DNA of 64,000 nt, from IMG/VR virus record IMGVR_UViG_3300021335_000003; one strand, given 5' to 3'. A model generated the notes under the pieces. The model ran no database searches. It was not told where the DNA came from and saw nothing but the letters and a program-made list of their open reading frames with translations. Position numbers and translations under genes: made by a program. Source of the DNA: a virus. This document shows, piece after piece, positions 1-11,500 of the stretch; the stretch's first letter is position 1; the number at the start of each line of letters is the position of its first letter.

Positions 1-2
1 CA

Positions 3-1556
3 AAAAGTGTGACCAGTAGAAGAGGCAGTAGTCTTTTTGGTAGAGTTGCAGCAGGTGCAATTGGCGGTATTATTAGTGGTGGATTAAGCGGAAATAAGAA
101 TATTGGTCAAAATGCTCTAAGTGGTGCGTTAGGAGGAGCACTTGGAGGAGTTTTAGGCGGCGGTCTTGGCGGATTTGGTGGCGGATTAATAGGTGGATTA
201 CTTACTAATTTTAAAAGTGGAAATACACAAGGATTATTTGAAGGCATAAGCGGATTTTTAGGCGCACAAGCACCTCAAAACTTTGAGAGTTTTCTAAGTA
301 TGATTACTGGACAAATTTTAACCAAAAGCAGTATAGGTGAAAACCTAGCAAGAATAGCACAAGATCCTAGTAGTCTAAACAATTTAGGTAAAGCAAAAAT
401 AATTTCTGGTCATGAAGAACAAGGTAAAGCACCTATGGCGCAAACTGGACAAGTTTATGACAAGAAAAACAAGGTTTACACAAGAGCAAAAAATGTAGTC
501 AGTAACGACGAACGTGTGTTTGAATATCCTGCAGGCACAAGTATGATTAAAATTATTGAAGATGTAGTTTTAACTAGTCAATGGGCAAAAGATTTAAAAG
601 AAAGAGCACCAGACGAAAACGGAATGGTACCTTGGTTTAGAATTGATGCAGAAACATATTTAAAAGCTAACCAAACACAAGAAAATGTATATGGCGAAGA
701 TGCAAAAGTTTTCCATTATAAAGTTGTAGAATATATGGTGCATAGTAGTCACTTGCAAAGACCAAGCGACCCGGGTGTAAATTACAATGCTTTACGTGAA
801 AATGCAATCAAAGAATACAATTACATCTACAGTGGCGAAAACACAGATATATTAAATTTTGATATACAATTTAATGCAGCATTTTTTCAATTTCTACAGT
901 CAGATTACGGACAAGGTACAGTAGATTTTAAAACAGGTGGAATACAACAGAACACTGTGCAATCAAAACCAGAAACATTAACTATGAAAACAGAAAATTC
1001 TGGTGCATTTAGTGCTAATGGTGCGGTAGTACAAAGTTTTAATCCAAGCTCAAGCACACAGGGCAATGGCGGTGCTGGAATTGATAACAGTAAAATACGT
1101 TGGGCAAGACAATTCCATGATAACATTTTAGGATCTGGCAGTATGGACTTGGTAGAAGTTGATTTGGAAATATTTGGAGATCCGTATTTTATTGTTGATA
1201 CTGGCATGGGCAACTGGACAGATGAACCAGGAAGTTTAAACAGCACAGCAAATGGACAAGTTGAATATCAACGCAGTGAGTGTGATATACTTTTAAACTT
1301 TAGAACACCCATTGATTACAATCCGGAAACAGGCGGTATGATATTTCCAGAAGATACAATACCTGTACAACAGTTTAGCGGCTTGTATAGAGTTACAAAA
1401 ATCACAAACGAAATACGTGGAAACAAATTTACACAAGTTTTAAAATTATTACGTAGAAGAGGGCAACCAGAGGATACAAACACAACTGGTGATAATCCAG
1501 TTAAAGTTAGAGATACACAGCCAAATGAAAATATGGCAACACCGTTTAAAGGTTAA
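3..1556 (+). CDS. 5'-truncated tail/baseplate hub-like virion protein (gp27/late-control-D-like position) with a Gly-rich segment
   Basis: Frame is open from the window edge. C-terminal 'LEIFGDPYFI...FSGLYRVTKITNEIRGNKFTQVLKL' resembles hub-protein endings, and the gene lies directly upstream of the gp5-like spike. Confidence 0.6.
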   Translation, partial: KSVTSRRGSSLFGRVAAGAIGGIISGGLSGNKNIGQNALSGALGGALGGVLGGGLGGFGGGLIGGLLTNFKSGNTQGLFEGISGFLGAQAPQNFESFLSMITGQILTKSSIGENLARIAQDPSSLNNLGKAKIISGHEEQGKAPMAQTGQVYDKKNKVYTRAKNVVSNDERVFEYPAGTSMIKIIEDVVLTSQWAKDLKERAPDENGMVPWFRIDAETYLKANQTQENVYGEDAKVFHYKVVEYMVHSSHLQRPSDPGVNYNALRENAIKEYNYIYSGENTDILNFDIQFNAAFFQFLQSDYGQGTVDFKTGGIQQNTVQSKPETLTMKTENSGAFSANGAVVQSFNPSSSTQGNGGAGIDNSKIRWARQFHDNILGSGSMDLVEVDLEIFGDPYFIVDTGMGNWTDEPGSLNSTANGQVEYQRSECDILLNFRTPIDYNPETGGMIFPEDTIPVQQFSGLYRVTKITNEIRGNKFTQVLKLLRRRGQPEDTNTTGDNPVKVRDTQPNENMATPFKG

Positions 1557-1559
1557 AAA

Positions 1560-3251
1560 ATGGAAAAGAAAACAGCAAGTATAGAAACCTCAGAACAAAA
1601 ACGTACCGCTGGTATAGTTGAGCCAACAAAAAACGCTGGCCCATTTATTGCCCGTGTTATTAAACATGCTGATCCATATTACCTTGGTGGTTTAGAAGTT
1701 GAATTGTTAAAAACTACAGAAGCAGGCAATGTTGGAGAAACACTAGGACAAACTGCTATTGTTTATTATGCAAGTCCTTTTTACGGTGTAACTGGCGCAC
1801 AGCATTTAGGCAAAAACGACAGTTATTCAAACACACAAAAAAGTTATGGTTTTTGGATGGTACCGCCTGATCCAGGCACACTTGTACTTGTAACATTTGT
1901 AGAAGGTAGCAGAGAGTTTGGCTATTGGTTTGCTTGTATTCCCGAAAAAGGCATGACCTATATGTTACCAGGTGGTCAACCTGCAACAGAACAAACCAGT
2001 GGTAACATTCCAAAAGAATTAAAAGGTAAAAAATTACCAGTTGGAGAATACAACAAAAAAATTACAAAACCTAGCACAAACAATGTTGTAAAATACAAAA
2101 GACCTGTAAATGAAGACTTTGTTAATATATTAAAAGAACAAGGCACTGTAGAAGATGATATTAGAGGTATTACAACTACAAGTGCGCAACGTGAATTTCC
2201 AAGTGCAGTTTATGGATTTAGTTCTCCAGGTCCGCTTGATAAACGTGGAGGATCTCCGCAAGGTAAAGTTGGTATAAAAGAAAGTCAAGCAACTGTGCAT
2301 ACAAGTCGGTTGGGTAGTAGTAGTATTGTAATTGATGACGGCGATGACAAGTTTCTACGCAAAGGATCTCCTGAAGATACACCATATGAATATGTCAATA
2401 AAGAAGCAAGTGAAGCAGGCGGCGATGTAACACGCCCTGCTAATGAGATGATACGTTTCCGCACACGCACAGGTGCGCAAATTATGATTAATACCAGTGA
2501 AGATTTGATCTACATTAATAACAGTAGAGGCACTGCATGGATAGAAATGTCAAGTAATGGCAAACTTGATGTTTATGCAAAAGATAGTATTAGTTTTCAC
2601 ACAGAAACAGATTTCAACTTTATTGCAGATAGAGATATAAACTTTGAAGCTGGCAGAAATATTAACATGATGGTAAATTACAACCTTAATATTAGTGCAG
2701 CTCAAGATTATCAACTACTAGTCGGACGTAATGGAAACATAAAATTTAAAAACAATTTAGATACTACTGTTACTAATGATATGAAAACAACTGTGTTGAA
2801 TGACAAGCATGTTTTAGTTACAAATGATTTATTTGAAACTGCACAAAATGATGTGAATATATATGCAGGTAATAATATGAATTTGAGCGGCAAAGCAGGT
2901 GTAGGTGGATACAGCGGAGGAGATATGAAACTAACAGCAGTTGGTACAAGTAATATTAAATCTAGTCATCATAAAGAAACTGCAAACCGTATTGATATGA
3001 ACGGTCCACCTGCGGCTACTACTGAACCTGCACCAGAAGCAACTGAAGCAGTTTTACCTATAAAAGCATTTTTCCCACAACGTGTTCCACAGCACGAACC
3101 ATGGCAAGGACATGAAAACTGGAATCCATTAGAAACAGCACCTGAAAATACACAAGCTGTTGATACAGAAAGCCAAGACATACACATGGAAGAACGTCCT
3201 GTACATACTGATAGGACACCAATGAATGAATTAAAACCGGAGGATGATTGA
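1560..3251 (+). CDS. gp5: Baseplate central spike, gp5/VgrG-like (OB-fold plus beta-helix), with no lysozyme domain visible
   Basis: OB-fold signature 'YGFWMVPPDPGTLVLVTFVEG...GYWFACIP', 'RTRTGAQIMI', about 8-residue beta-helix repeats (DINFEAGRNINM...), and synteny with gp25/gp6. Confidence 0.8.
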   Translation: MEKKTASIETSEQKRTAGIVEPTKNAGPFIARVIKHADPYYLGGLEVELLKTTEAGNVGETLGQTAIVYYASPFYGVTGAQHLGKNDSYSNTQKSYGFWMVPPDPGTLVLVTFVEGSREFGYWFACIPEKGMTYMLPGGQPATEQTSGNIPKELKGKKLPVGEYNKKITKPSTNNVVKYKRPVNEDFVNILKEQGTVEDDIRGITTTSAQREFPSAVYGFSSPGPLDKRGGSPQGKVGIKESQATVHTSRLGSSSIVIDDGDDKFLRKGSPEDTPYEYVNKEASEAGGDVTRPANEMIRFRTRTGAQIMINTSEDLIYINNSRGTAWIEMSSNGKLDVYAKDSISFHTETDFNFIADRDINFEAGRNINMMVNYNLNISAAQDYQLLVGRNGNIKFKNNLDTTVTNDMKTTVLNDKHVLVTNDLFETAQNDVNIYAGNNMNLSGKAGVGGYSGGDMKLTAVGTSNIKSSHHKETANRIDMNGPPAATTEPAPEATEAVLPIKAFFPQRVPQHEPWQGHENWNPLETAPENTQAVDTESQDIHMEERPVHTDRTPMNELKPEDD

Positions 3252-4546
3252 TGTTTAAGGTAATTGGGGGCGAACTAAAAACAGCAGCATTACGAGAAAG
3301 TAATAAAATATTAGGAAACGCAGTAAATCAAATTGCAGCAAAAAACCCTATACCAACTATTGCAACAGTAGGTGCAATTCAAGGTTTTGCATCAAGTGGA
3401 AATTTACAAGGTGCAATTAGAGGGGCAGCACAAGGTGTCATAGGAGCTGGTTTACAGCAACTTGGAAATCAAATACCTCCTCAATTAGCAGGCGCCGCAG
3501 CAGCATTGCAAGGCATTGCCAATCCAGCAGCATTTACAGCAAACGGTTGGATAAATCCAGATACATTAGCAGGCGGTTATACAAATGCGGTGAGAAACGC
3601 TACTGGACAAGTAGGTACGCCAACTTCAACCTATGCAGGTACTATAGATGCATCTAATCCTTCTAAAGCTAGAACAATAATTATTGATGCTACACAAGGT
3701 GAAGTTCTAAATATCAAAGACAGTTTTTTACAAGGTGTTGCAGGTGGGTTGAGCAGCATAGCTGGACAAGGTATTAATAATCTATTAGGTAGTTTACCTA
3801 GCACAATGCAAAACCTATTAAGTACAACAGGATTAACTGGTGCATTAGGCAGCGCAATCAGTGGAGGTTTAGGAAAAGCATTAGGCGGACTTGGAAACGC
3901 ATTGGGAGATGTTGCTGGCAAACTAGCAAACGGGTTAGGTGGAGCAATTGCAAGTATTCCTGGTGTAGGACCTGTGTTTGAAGGATTTACAAAAGGAATT
4001 AGTTCTTTTGCTAAAAATTTAGATGGTGCAGTAAAAGGATTGCCTACAGATTTACAAATAGCAATCAGTGGTGCTGCTGCACAAGTAGGTGCTAATTTAA
4101 TAGGAAAAGCATTTAAAAAACCAAATGTTGTAAAAGATGTAGGAAGACAAGTTGCACGTAATATTGCTTTTAAAGAAAATCCTATTACTCAAGTAAATGC
4201 GATTGCCGAAACTGCTAATGAAGTCCATAGAAAAATATACAAAAGCACAGGAGATAAGAGCTTTTTAAATGCAGCAAATGCAGCTAGAAAAACAGCTAAA
4301 AAGTTTGGTACAAAACTTGTAAAAAAGAATAGTTTATTTTTATTAGATAACAATAAAGAACAAGTTACGCAACCTAATAAAATTGTAAATGGACAAGTAA
4401 CAAATATTAATAGCAACACTGTAAAAAAATCAACAACTAGTAACATTTGTTATCTACCAACAGATCCAGATTATAATAGAATTGCTGAATACATACCATA
4501 TGATGATATTGATGCCTGTTTAATATCTGGTGGCATTTCGAGGTAG
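3251..4546 (+). CDS. Gly/Ala-rich hypothetical protein, probably a virion component
   Basis: ATG at 3251 overlaps the gp5 stop (TGATG). Long small-residue helical repeats (GALGSAISGGLGKALGGLGNALG) and a basic C-terminus. Confidence 0.55.
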   Translation: MFKVIGGELKTAALRESNKILGNAVNQIAAKNPIPTIATVGAIQGFASSGNLQGAIRGAAQGVIGAGLQQLGNQIPPQLAGAAAALQGIANPAAFTANGWINPDTLAGGYTNAVRNATGQVGTPTSTYAGTIDASNPSKARTIIIDATQGEVLNIKDSFLQGVAGGLSSIAGQGINNLLGSLPSTMQNLLSTTGLTGALGSAISGGLGKALGGLGNALGDVAGKLANGLGGAIASIPGVGPVFEGFTKGISSFAKNLDGAVKGLPTDLQIAISGAAAQVGANLIGKAFKKPNVVKDVGRQVARNIAFKENPITQVNAIAETANEVHRKIYKSTGDKSFLNAANAARKTAKKFGTKLVKKNSLFLLDNNKEQVTQPNKIVNGQVTNINSNTVKKSTTSNICYLPTDPDYNRIAEYIPYDDIDACLISGGISR

Positions 4547-4555
4547 GATAAATAC
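4547..4555 (+). promoter_or_regulatory. Putative late promoter (GATAAATAC, variant of T4-like TATAAATA)
   Basis: The same TAAATA core recurs before several structural genes. ATG follows 4 nt after the core. Confidence 0.55.
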
Positions 4556-4558
4556 GTT

Positions 4559-4996
4559 ATGGCTACAAATGAAAAACCACTTTACAAAAATATCAGTATA
4601 AGTTCTCCTGCTACAGAAGAATCTGTAACCAGCAAACAATACAGAGGTATCAGTACCGTAGCCAATCCACGTGGATTTAATTTATATGACTTGGAAATAA
4701 TCAAGCAAGACATTATAAATCACTTCCATATTCGCAAAGGTGAAAAACTAGAAAATCCTATGTTTGGCACTGTTATTTGGGACGTATTATTTGAACCATT
4801 TACAGAAGATTTAAAAGAATTGATTATTCAAGATATTACAGAAGTAATCAATTATGATCCTCGCATTAGCGTAGAAACTGTAACTGTTGATGCATACGAA
4901 AGCGGATTGCAAGTTGATTGTACATTAACTTACATTCCGTATAGTATTAGCGAAACAATGCGTATTAAATTTGATCAAAACAACGGCCTTCTTTAA
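4559..4996 (+). CDS. gp25: Baseplate wedge subunit, gp25-like
   Basis: 'IKQDIINHFHIRKGEKLENPMFGTVIWDVLFEP...YDPRI' matches the gp25/GPW pattern; 145 aa; next to gp6. Confidence 0.9.
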   Translation: MATNEKPLYKNISISSPATEESVTSKQYRGISTVANPRGFNLYDLEIIKQDIINHFHIRKGEKLENPMFGTVIWDVLFEPFTEDLKELIIQDITEVINYDPRISVETVTVDAYESGLQVDCTLTYIPYSISETMRIKFDQNNGLL

Positions 4997-5017
4997 TATA
5001 CGCACATTATTACTTCA

Positions 5018-5026
5018 GGTAAATAT
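5018..5026 (+). promoter_or_regulatory. Putative late promoter (GGTAAATAT)
   Basis: TAAATA core in the short intergenic gap, followed by a GAGG RBS upstream of gp6. Confidence 0.4.
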
Positions 5027-5048
5027 ACTATAAAGTGAGGAATGGCAT

Positions 5049-8000
5049 ATGTCAACGACAGACAGGCAAAATCGACTTCTATTAGCAGAAGATTGGAAAA
5101 CGATATATCAAAGTTTCAAATACGCAGACTTCCAAAGCTATGACTTTGACAATCTACGTAGAACAATGATCACATACATCAGAGAAAATTATCCTGAAGA
5201 TTATAACGATTATATTGAAAGCTCAGAATATCTTGCACTGATTGATTTGATTGCATTTTTAGGTCAAAACCTAGCCTTCCGCACAGACCTAAATGCTAGA
5301 GAAAATTACATTGAAACAGCAGAGCGTAGAGAAAGCATTCTCCGCCTTGCAAGACTTATTAGCTACAATGCAAGTAGAAACACAACGGCCAATGGTTTAT
5401 TAAAAATTGACAGCATTAGCACAACAGAAGATGTGTTTGATGCAAATAACAATAATCTCAGTGGCCAAACAATATTATGGAATGATGCAACCAATCCTGA
5501 TTGGTATGAACAATTTACAAAAATTCTTAACGCAGCATTGCCATCAAATTCACGTTTTGGTCGTCCTATCAAAAGAACAAATGTAGATGGAGTTATTACA
5601 GAACAATATAGATTTAATGGCACTAACACAGATGTTCCTGTTTTTAGTTTTACTAAAACAGTTGATAACAAAAGTAGAAAGTTTGAAATTACCAGTGCAG
5701 GCATTGATACAGCAGATAATTTTATCTACGAAGAAGAGCCATTTCCTGGCAACAAACTAGCATTTTTGTACAGAGACAACGGGCAAGGTGCTGGTAGCTC
5801 TAACAGTGGATTTTTCTTTCATTTTAGACAAGGTACATTAAACAATAATGTGTTTTCTATTTCAAATCCTGTACCAAATACAACTGTTAATATAGATACA
5901 GACAATATCAATGAAACAGATGTTTGGCTGTATAAACTAGACAGTAATGGAGATGAACAAGATCTTTGGAATAAAGTGAGTAGTGTTGAAGGTAACAACA
6001 TTGTTTATAATAGTGTTGAAAAAGGCGTGCGTGATATTTACGGTGTGTTAAGTAGAATTAATGATAGAATTAGTTTAATCTTTAGTGACGGTGTTTTTGG
6101 TACACTACCTAAAGGCAGTTTTAAAGTATATTATAGAACAAGTTCAAACGAACAGTACAAAATTAATCCTGCAGATCTTATCGGCATTCAAATACAAATA
6201 CCATATCTCAGTAAAAATTCAACTAATGAAACATTAAACTTGGTCTTAGATTTGCAAAGCACTATATCAAATGCAGATGCAAGTGAAACAGATGAAAGTA
6301 TTAAAACAAATGCACCTAGCACATTTTATACGCAAAATAGATTAATAACTGGTGAAGATTATAATATAGGTCCGCTTGGTATCAGTCAACAAATTATTAA
6401 AACCAAAAGTGTTAATCGTACAAGTAGTGGTATTAGTAGATATTATGATTTACGTGACGCAACAGGAAAATATAGTAATACATTAATGTTTGGTGATGAT
6501 GGAAGTTTATATACTGAAGATCTTGCTAAAAAATTTAGTTTTGATTTTACAACAAGAACAGACATTGAAAGTGTAATAAACAATCAAGTAATTGAAATTA
6601 TTCAACATACACAAACTAAAAACTTTTATTACAAATATTTTGATAGAAACACCAGTGTTGAGGATTTAGATTTTACATGGAATCCAACAACAAATGATAC
6701 AAATCAAAGCAGTGGTATATTTCAAGACCAGTTTGATATTGCAGTAGCAGTTAGTAGTTTTACTGCTAGTGTTATGAGATTTGTTTCTCCTGGTAGTTTA
6801 GTTAAATTTATTGCACCTACAGGACAATACTTTGATAAAAATAACAATCTAGCAATTGGCACGCCAAGTGTATTAGGCGATAAAACATACATTTGGACAA
6901 AGGTTATAAGTGTTTTTGAAAACGGCACTGTACAAGATATTGACAGCAATTTAGGACCAATTCTGCTTAATGAAAATATACCAAGTGGTGCTAAGATAGC
7001 TGAAATAGTTCCTGTTTTAAATTTAACAATTGTCGATGATACATTAAGTCAAATGGTTGATCAAATTTTTTCATACAAAACCTTTGGCTTAAGATACGAC
7101 CAAGAAACCAGCGATTGGAAAGTTATAACAAATTTAAATCTAGACACGGTAAATCCATTTAGCCAAGGACGTACTGGAGATGCAACAGGTACTAACCAAG
7201 ACAGCAGTTGGATATTTTTATTTGAAACCAATGGTGAAACTTACACAGTAACACATCGTGGTTTACGTTATGTGTTTGAAAGCGATGAACAAATACGTTT
7301 TTACTTTGATGGAAATGACAGAATTTATGATAGTAAAACTGGACAAATTGTTACTGATACAATTGATGTATTAAGCAATAATAATCTACCAGATAGTTTA
7401 ACTAATTTTACCCAAAACTGGAAGTGGCAAGTAATTAGTGCATACAGAGGCGATGCTGGTTATGTAGATAGTAAAAAATTAGAAGTAGGATTTGTTGATA
7501 CAGACGCCGACGGAGTTATTGACGATCCAGACTTATTTACACAGATTGTTGCACCAGATTATTTGCCTGATACCAAATATATTTTTGCTAAGAAAATTTT
7601 AAGAAATGATGTAGAAACTTATGAATATGCAGATGCTGAAGAAAATAACATTATTGTCATTTCAAACGAAGCCGCCGCAGGATCATTAAGTGCATATACT
7701 AATAATCCAGTTTTTTATATTAGTAGCAAAGATGTATTTAAAAGAATCAACAGTTTAATGACTGGTTTAGAATTAGACATTAATTGGCGTGCTTATAAAG
7801 GTAGGGATAAATTAAGATTTAATTACAGACATGCCGCAGCTGAAAATCGCAGAATTGATCCTAGCAGTAGTAACATAATTGATTTGTACCTTTTAGAAAA
7901 AACATATGATACAGAATTTAGAAAATTCTTAAAAGGCGATATTACAACTAAACCTTTACCACCAAGTAGTGATGCATTGTATTTAAATTATGGACAAGAT

Positions 8001-8513
8001 ATCAAGAAAATTAAAAGTATAAGTGATGAATTAATTTATCATCCAGTAAAATACAAACCATTGTTTGGTAGTTTAGCTGATGAAGATTTGCAAGCAACAA
8101 TTAAAATTGTTAAAAACACAGCAAGAGTTGTAAATGATAACGAAGTAAAATCAAGAGTTATTGACAGTATTAATGAATATTTTGCACTTGAAAATTGGGA
8201 CTTTGGAGAAACATTTTATTTTAGTGAATTAGCAGCATATGTTATGAAGCAAGTTTCTCCTGATGTAGCTAGTATTGTGTTAGTACCAAAAAGTGAGACA
8301 CAAGTATTTGGTAGCCTATACGAAATAGTTTGCGAAAATGATGAAATATTTGTAAATGCTGCAAATGTTAGTGATGTAGAAATTATTGACAGTATTACAG
8401 CAGCAAGATTAAAAGCCACAGGAACAGTAGTAACTAGTGACGATGTTTTAAACACAGGAATACAAAGTAGCGTGACAAATACCAATATTATTACCGAAGG
8501 AAATGATTACTAA
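5049..8513 (+). CDS. gp6: Baseplate wedge subunit, gp6-like (jumbo-phage long form)
   Basis: 'YDFDNLRRTMITYI...ESSEYLALIDLIAFLGQNLAFRTDLNARENYIETAERRESILRLARLISY' and 'QNRLITGEDY' are gp6/baseplate-J-like hallmarks; 1154 aa. Confidence 0.85.
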   Translation: MSTTDRQNRLLLAEDWKTIYQSFKYADFQSYDFDNLRRTMITYIRENYPEDYNDYIESSEYLALIDLIAFLGQNLAFRTDLNARENYIETAERRESILRLARLISYNASRNTTANGLLKIDSISTTEDVFDANNNNLSGQTILWNDATNPDWYEQFTKILNAALPSNSRFGRPIKRTNVDGVITEQYRFNGTNTDVPVFSFTKTVDNKSRKFEITSAGIDTADNFIYEEEPFPGNKLAFLYRDNGQGAGSSNSGFFFHFRQGTLNNNVFSISNPVPNTTVNIDTDNINETDVWLYKLDSNGDEQDLWNKVSSVEGNNIVYNSVEKGVRDIYGVLSRINDRISLIFSDGVFGTLPKGSFKVYYRTSSNEQYKINPADLIGIQIQIPYLSKNSTNETLNLVLDLQSTISNADASETDESIKTNAPSTFYTQNRLITGEDYNIGPLGISQQIIKTKSVNRTSSGISRYYDLRDATGKYSNTLMFGDDGSLYTEDLAKKFSFDFTTRTDIESVINNQVIEIIQHTQTKNFYYKYFDRNTSVEDLDFTWNPTTNDTNQSSGIFQDQFDIAVAVSSFTASVMRFVSPGSLVKFIAPTGQYFDKNNNLAIGTPSVLGDKTYIWTKVISVFENGTVQDIDSNLGPILLNENIPSGAKIAEIVPVLNLTIVDDTLSQMVDQIFSYKTFGLRYDQETSDWKVITNLNLDTVNPFSQGRTGDATGTNQDSSWIFLFETNGETYTVTHRGLRYVFESDEQIRFYFDGNDRIYDSKTGQIVTDTIDVLSNNNLPDSLTNFTQNWKWQVISAYRGDAGYVDSKKLEVGFVDTDADGVIDDPDLFTQIVAPDYLPDTKYIFAKKILRNDVETYEYADAEENNIIVISNEAAAGSLSAYTNNPVFYISSKDVFKRINSLMTGLELDINWRAYKGRDKLRFNYRHAAAENRRIDPSSSNIIDLYLLEKTYDTEFRKFLKGDITTKPLPPSSDALYLNYGQDIKKIKSISDELIYHPVKYKPLFGSLADEDLQATIKIVKNTARVVNDNEVKSRVIDSINEYFALENWDFGETFYFSELAAYVMKQVSPDVASIVLVPKSETQVFGSLYEIVCENDEIFVNAANVSDVEIIDSITAARLKATGTVVTSDDVLNTGIQSSVTNTNIITEGNDY

Positions 8514-11500
8514 TGGCATACGAAGATAACCAAAACGAATATCCTATTCCAGGTCGCAATGATAGTAAAAGAACCAATGCCTCTTTATTACCAAGATATT
8601 TTCGTACCGATGCTAACAAAAAATTTGTAGGAAGTACATTAGATCAATTAACATCTCCTGGTGTTGTTGAAAAATTAAATGGCTTTGTAGGTAGCAGAGA
8701 AGCTAAAGCAGCCGTTATTACCGACAACTATATTGAAGATATAAATCAAGAACGTGAAAATTATCAATTAGAACCATATACAATCATTGAAGATGATTTA
8801 GGCAATATAGATTTTAATGCTGATTATTTAGATTTACTTGGACAAGTTAATGGCTTCGGTGGCACAACTACCAATCATGACAAGTTGTTTGCTCAAGAGT
8901 TTTATGCATGGAATCCACATATTGATTTTGACAAGTTCACAAACTTCCGTGAATATTATTGGTTACCAAATGGGCCACAAGAGGTTCCTGTAAGAGGAAC
9001 AGGTATTGATGTTGTAAGCACATTAAAAGTTAGACTTGAATATGATGGCGGCGATGCAGCATTTGTATTCACACCTGACGGAGTTACTCGTAATAAAATA
9101 TTAACACTGTACAGAGGTCAAACATATAGATTTGAAGTAGATACTCCTGGTCATCCTTTTGGTATTGCACTAAGCAGATTAAAAAATGTTCCTTATGCTG
9201 ACAGCACAGAATATGTAGAAAATTTATATTTAGAAGGTGTATCTATTACAGAAGAATATGACGATACTGTTGTATTTAGAGAAGACCTAGTAGGTGATGG
9301 ATTCTTAGAAAAAGGTGTGTTAGAATTTACAGTGCCAATGAATGCACCTGATAACTTGTATTATATCAGTCAAAATGATATTAATGTCAGTGGTAATTTA
9401 AATTTATTTGATATTGAAGAATCAACAGTTCTAAATGTTGAAGAAGAAATCTTAGGAAAGAAAACCTATAAAACAGTAGATGGCTGGGACTTTTCTAATG
9501 GTATGAAGGTGTATTTTACAGGCACAGTATATCCTGAGTCTTATGAGCAAGGATTATATTATGTAGAGGGTGTTGGCGAATCGATCGAACTTGTTGCAGT
9601 AAAAGATTTACAAGTACCTGCAATCTTTACACAGGATACACAAGTGCCATTTGACATTAATCCTTTTGATAGAGTGCCTTTTGGCGATGCAAAAAGTTTT
9701 GCAGGAACAAAAGATTATGTGTGTATTAACCGCAGAGACAAAAGTAAAAACCCTTGGAGTAGATACAACCGTTGGACACATAAGAGTGTTATAGAAAAAA
9801 GTGCAGAAATAAACAATACACCTATTGAAATTTTTGAAGACCTTAGAGCACTAAGACCTATCATTGAATTTGAACCAAACTTAAGATTGTTTAATCATGG
9901 TAACAAAGCCAAAGCAGCAGTAGATCTTGTTGATACTTTTACACCTGATGTGTTTAGCACAATTGAAGGTAGTGCAGGTTACAACGTTGATGGTGTAGAT
10001 TTAGCAGATGGAATGCGTGTGTTATTTACAGGTGATCAAGACTCTCTTGTAAATGGTAAAATTTACGAAGTTAATTTTATCACACATAATAACAATATAC
10101 AAATCAGTTTATTAGAAACCGGAGATACACTGCCTGCTGAAAACGAAACAATTTTAATTTTAGATGGTGATGTTAATGCTGGTTGTATGTATTGGTATGA
10201 TGGCAATCAATGGAATAAAGCACAAGACAAGTCAGGTATAAATCAATCTCCGTTATTTGATTTATTTGATAATGATGGAAACAGCATCGGTGATCAAACA
10301 ATTTATGATAGTACAGAATTTGTAGGAAACAGAATTTTTAATTATCGTGTTGGCGAAGGTACAAAGGATACCGAATTAGGATTTCCTTTGACATATCAAA
10401 ATTTTGTTAATATTGGTGATATAGTTTTTGATTTTCCGTTATTAAGTAAATCTTATAATTATAAGGTTGGCAATGATTTTGTACAAATATTTAGCGATAC
10501 ATTGTTTTTGAAAAAATTTGTAAATGAAACAGATCAATATGTAAATGCATGGAAAAAGTCAAATACAAAATCGCAACAATATGTTGTTAGAAAATTTACA
10601 GGATCAGAATATGTAAATAATTTTCCTATTGATGTTTATAATAACAGTGCAGAATTAGATGATTTAAAAGTTAAGGTATATGTTAATAGTTTATATAAAA
10701 CAGAAAGTACAGACTATACTTTAGTAAATTCTAGTAAAACAAAAACCATTGTCTTTAACAACGATTTACAATTTGAAGATATTATTGTAATTAAAACACA
10801 TAGCAAAGCAGATAAAAATAACAATGGCTATTACGAAATACCTTACAATTTAGAAAGAAATCCTCTCAATGAAAATATAACTGAATTTACTCTTGGAGAA
10901 GTTAATGATCATGTAGAAGGATTAATAACTGAATTACAAAATTTCCAAGGCACACAGCCTGGTATTAGTAATTTAAGAGATTTAGGTGATGTTGCAGCAT
11001 ATGGCAGAAAATTTATTCAGCATAGCGGACCAATTAATCTTTCTATGTATAATCTAGTTTCAAAAAATGCAAATATAATAAAAGCAGTAAGATATGCATC
11101 TAATGAATATCAAAAATTTAAAAGACAGTTTATTCAAATTGCAACTGACAATACATTTAACGGTACATTAAAAGAACACGTTGATTTTATTTTTAATTTG
11201 TTAAATGAAGATAAAACAGAAAAAACAAATTTTTATAGTACAGACATGGCAGGCACTGGCGGCAGTGTTGAAATTAAGTATGATGTTTTAGACAACAGAT
11301 TAAAAACATATGCCTTAAGTGCAAACTTTTCAAAAGATGTAATTAGTAATCTTGCAGTATATGTGTATATAAACGATGAACAACTTGTACATGGTAAAGA
11401 TTATACTTTTACAAATACAGGTTTTGTGAATATCTCAAAAGAATTTGCAAATGGAGATGTAATTAAAATTTATGAATATGCAAATACAGAAGGTAGTTTT

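Noticed and set aside
1560-8513. Bacterial T6SS/eCIS locus rather than phage
   Set aside because: The jumbo-phage-style long gp6, giant wedge protein, multiple fibres and T4-like late promoter motifs, together with the absence of Tss membrane or ATPase genes, favour a phage genome.
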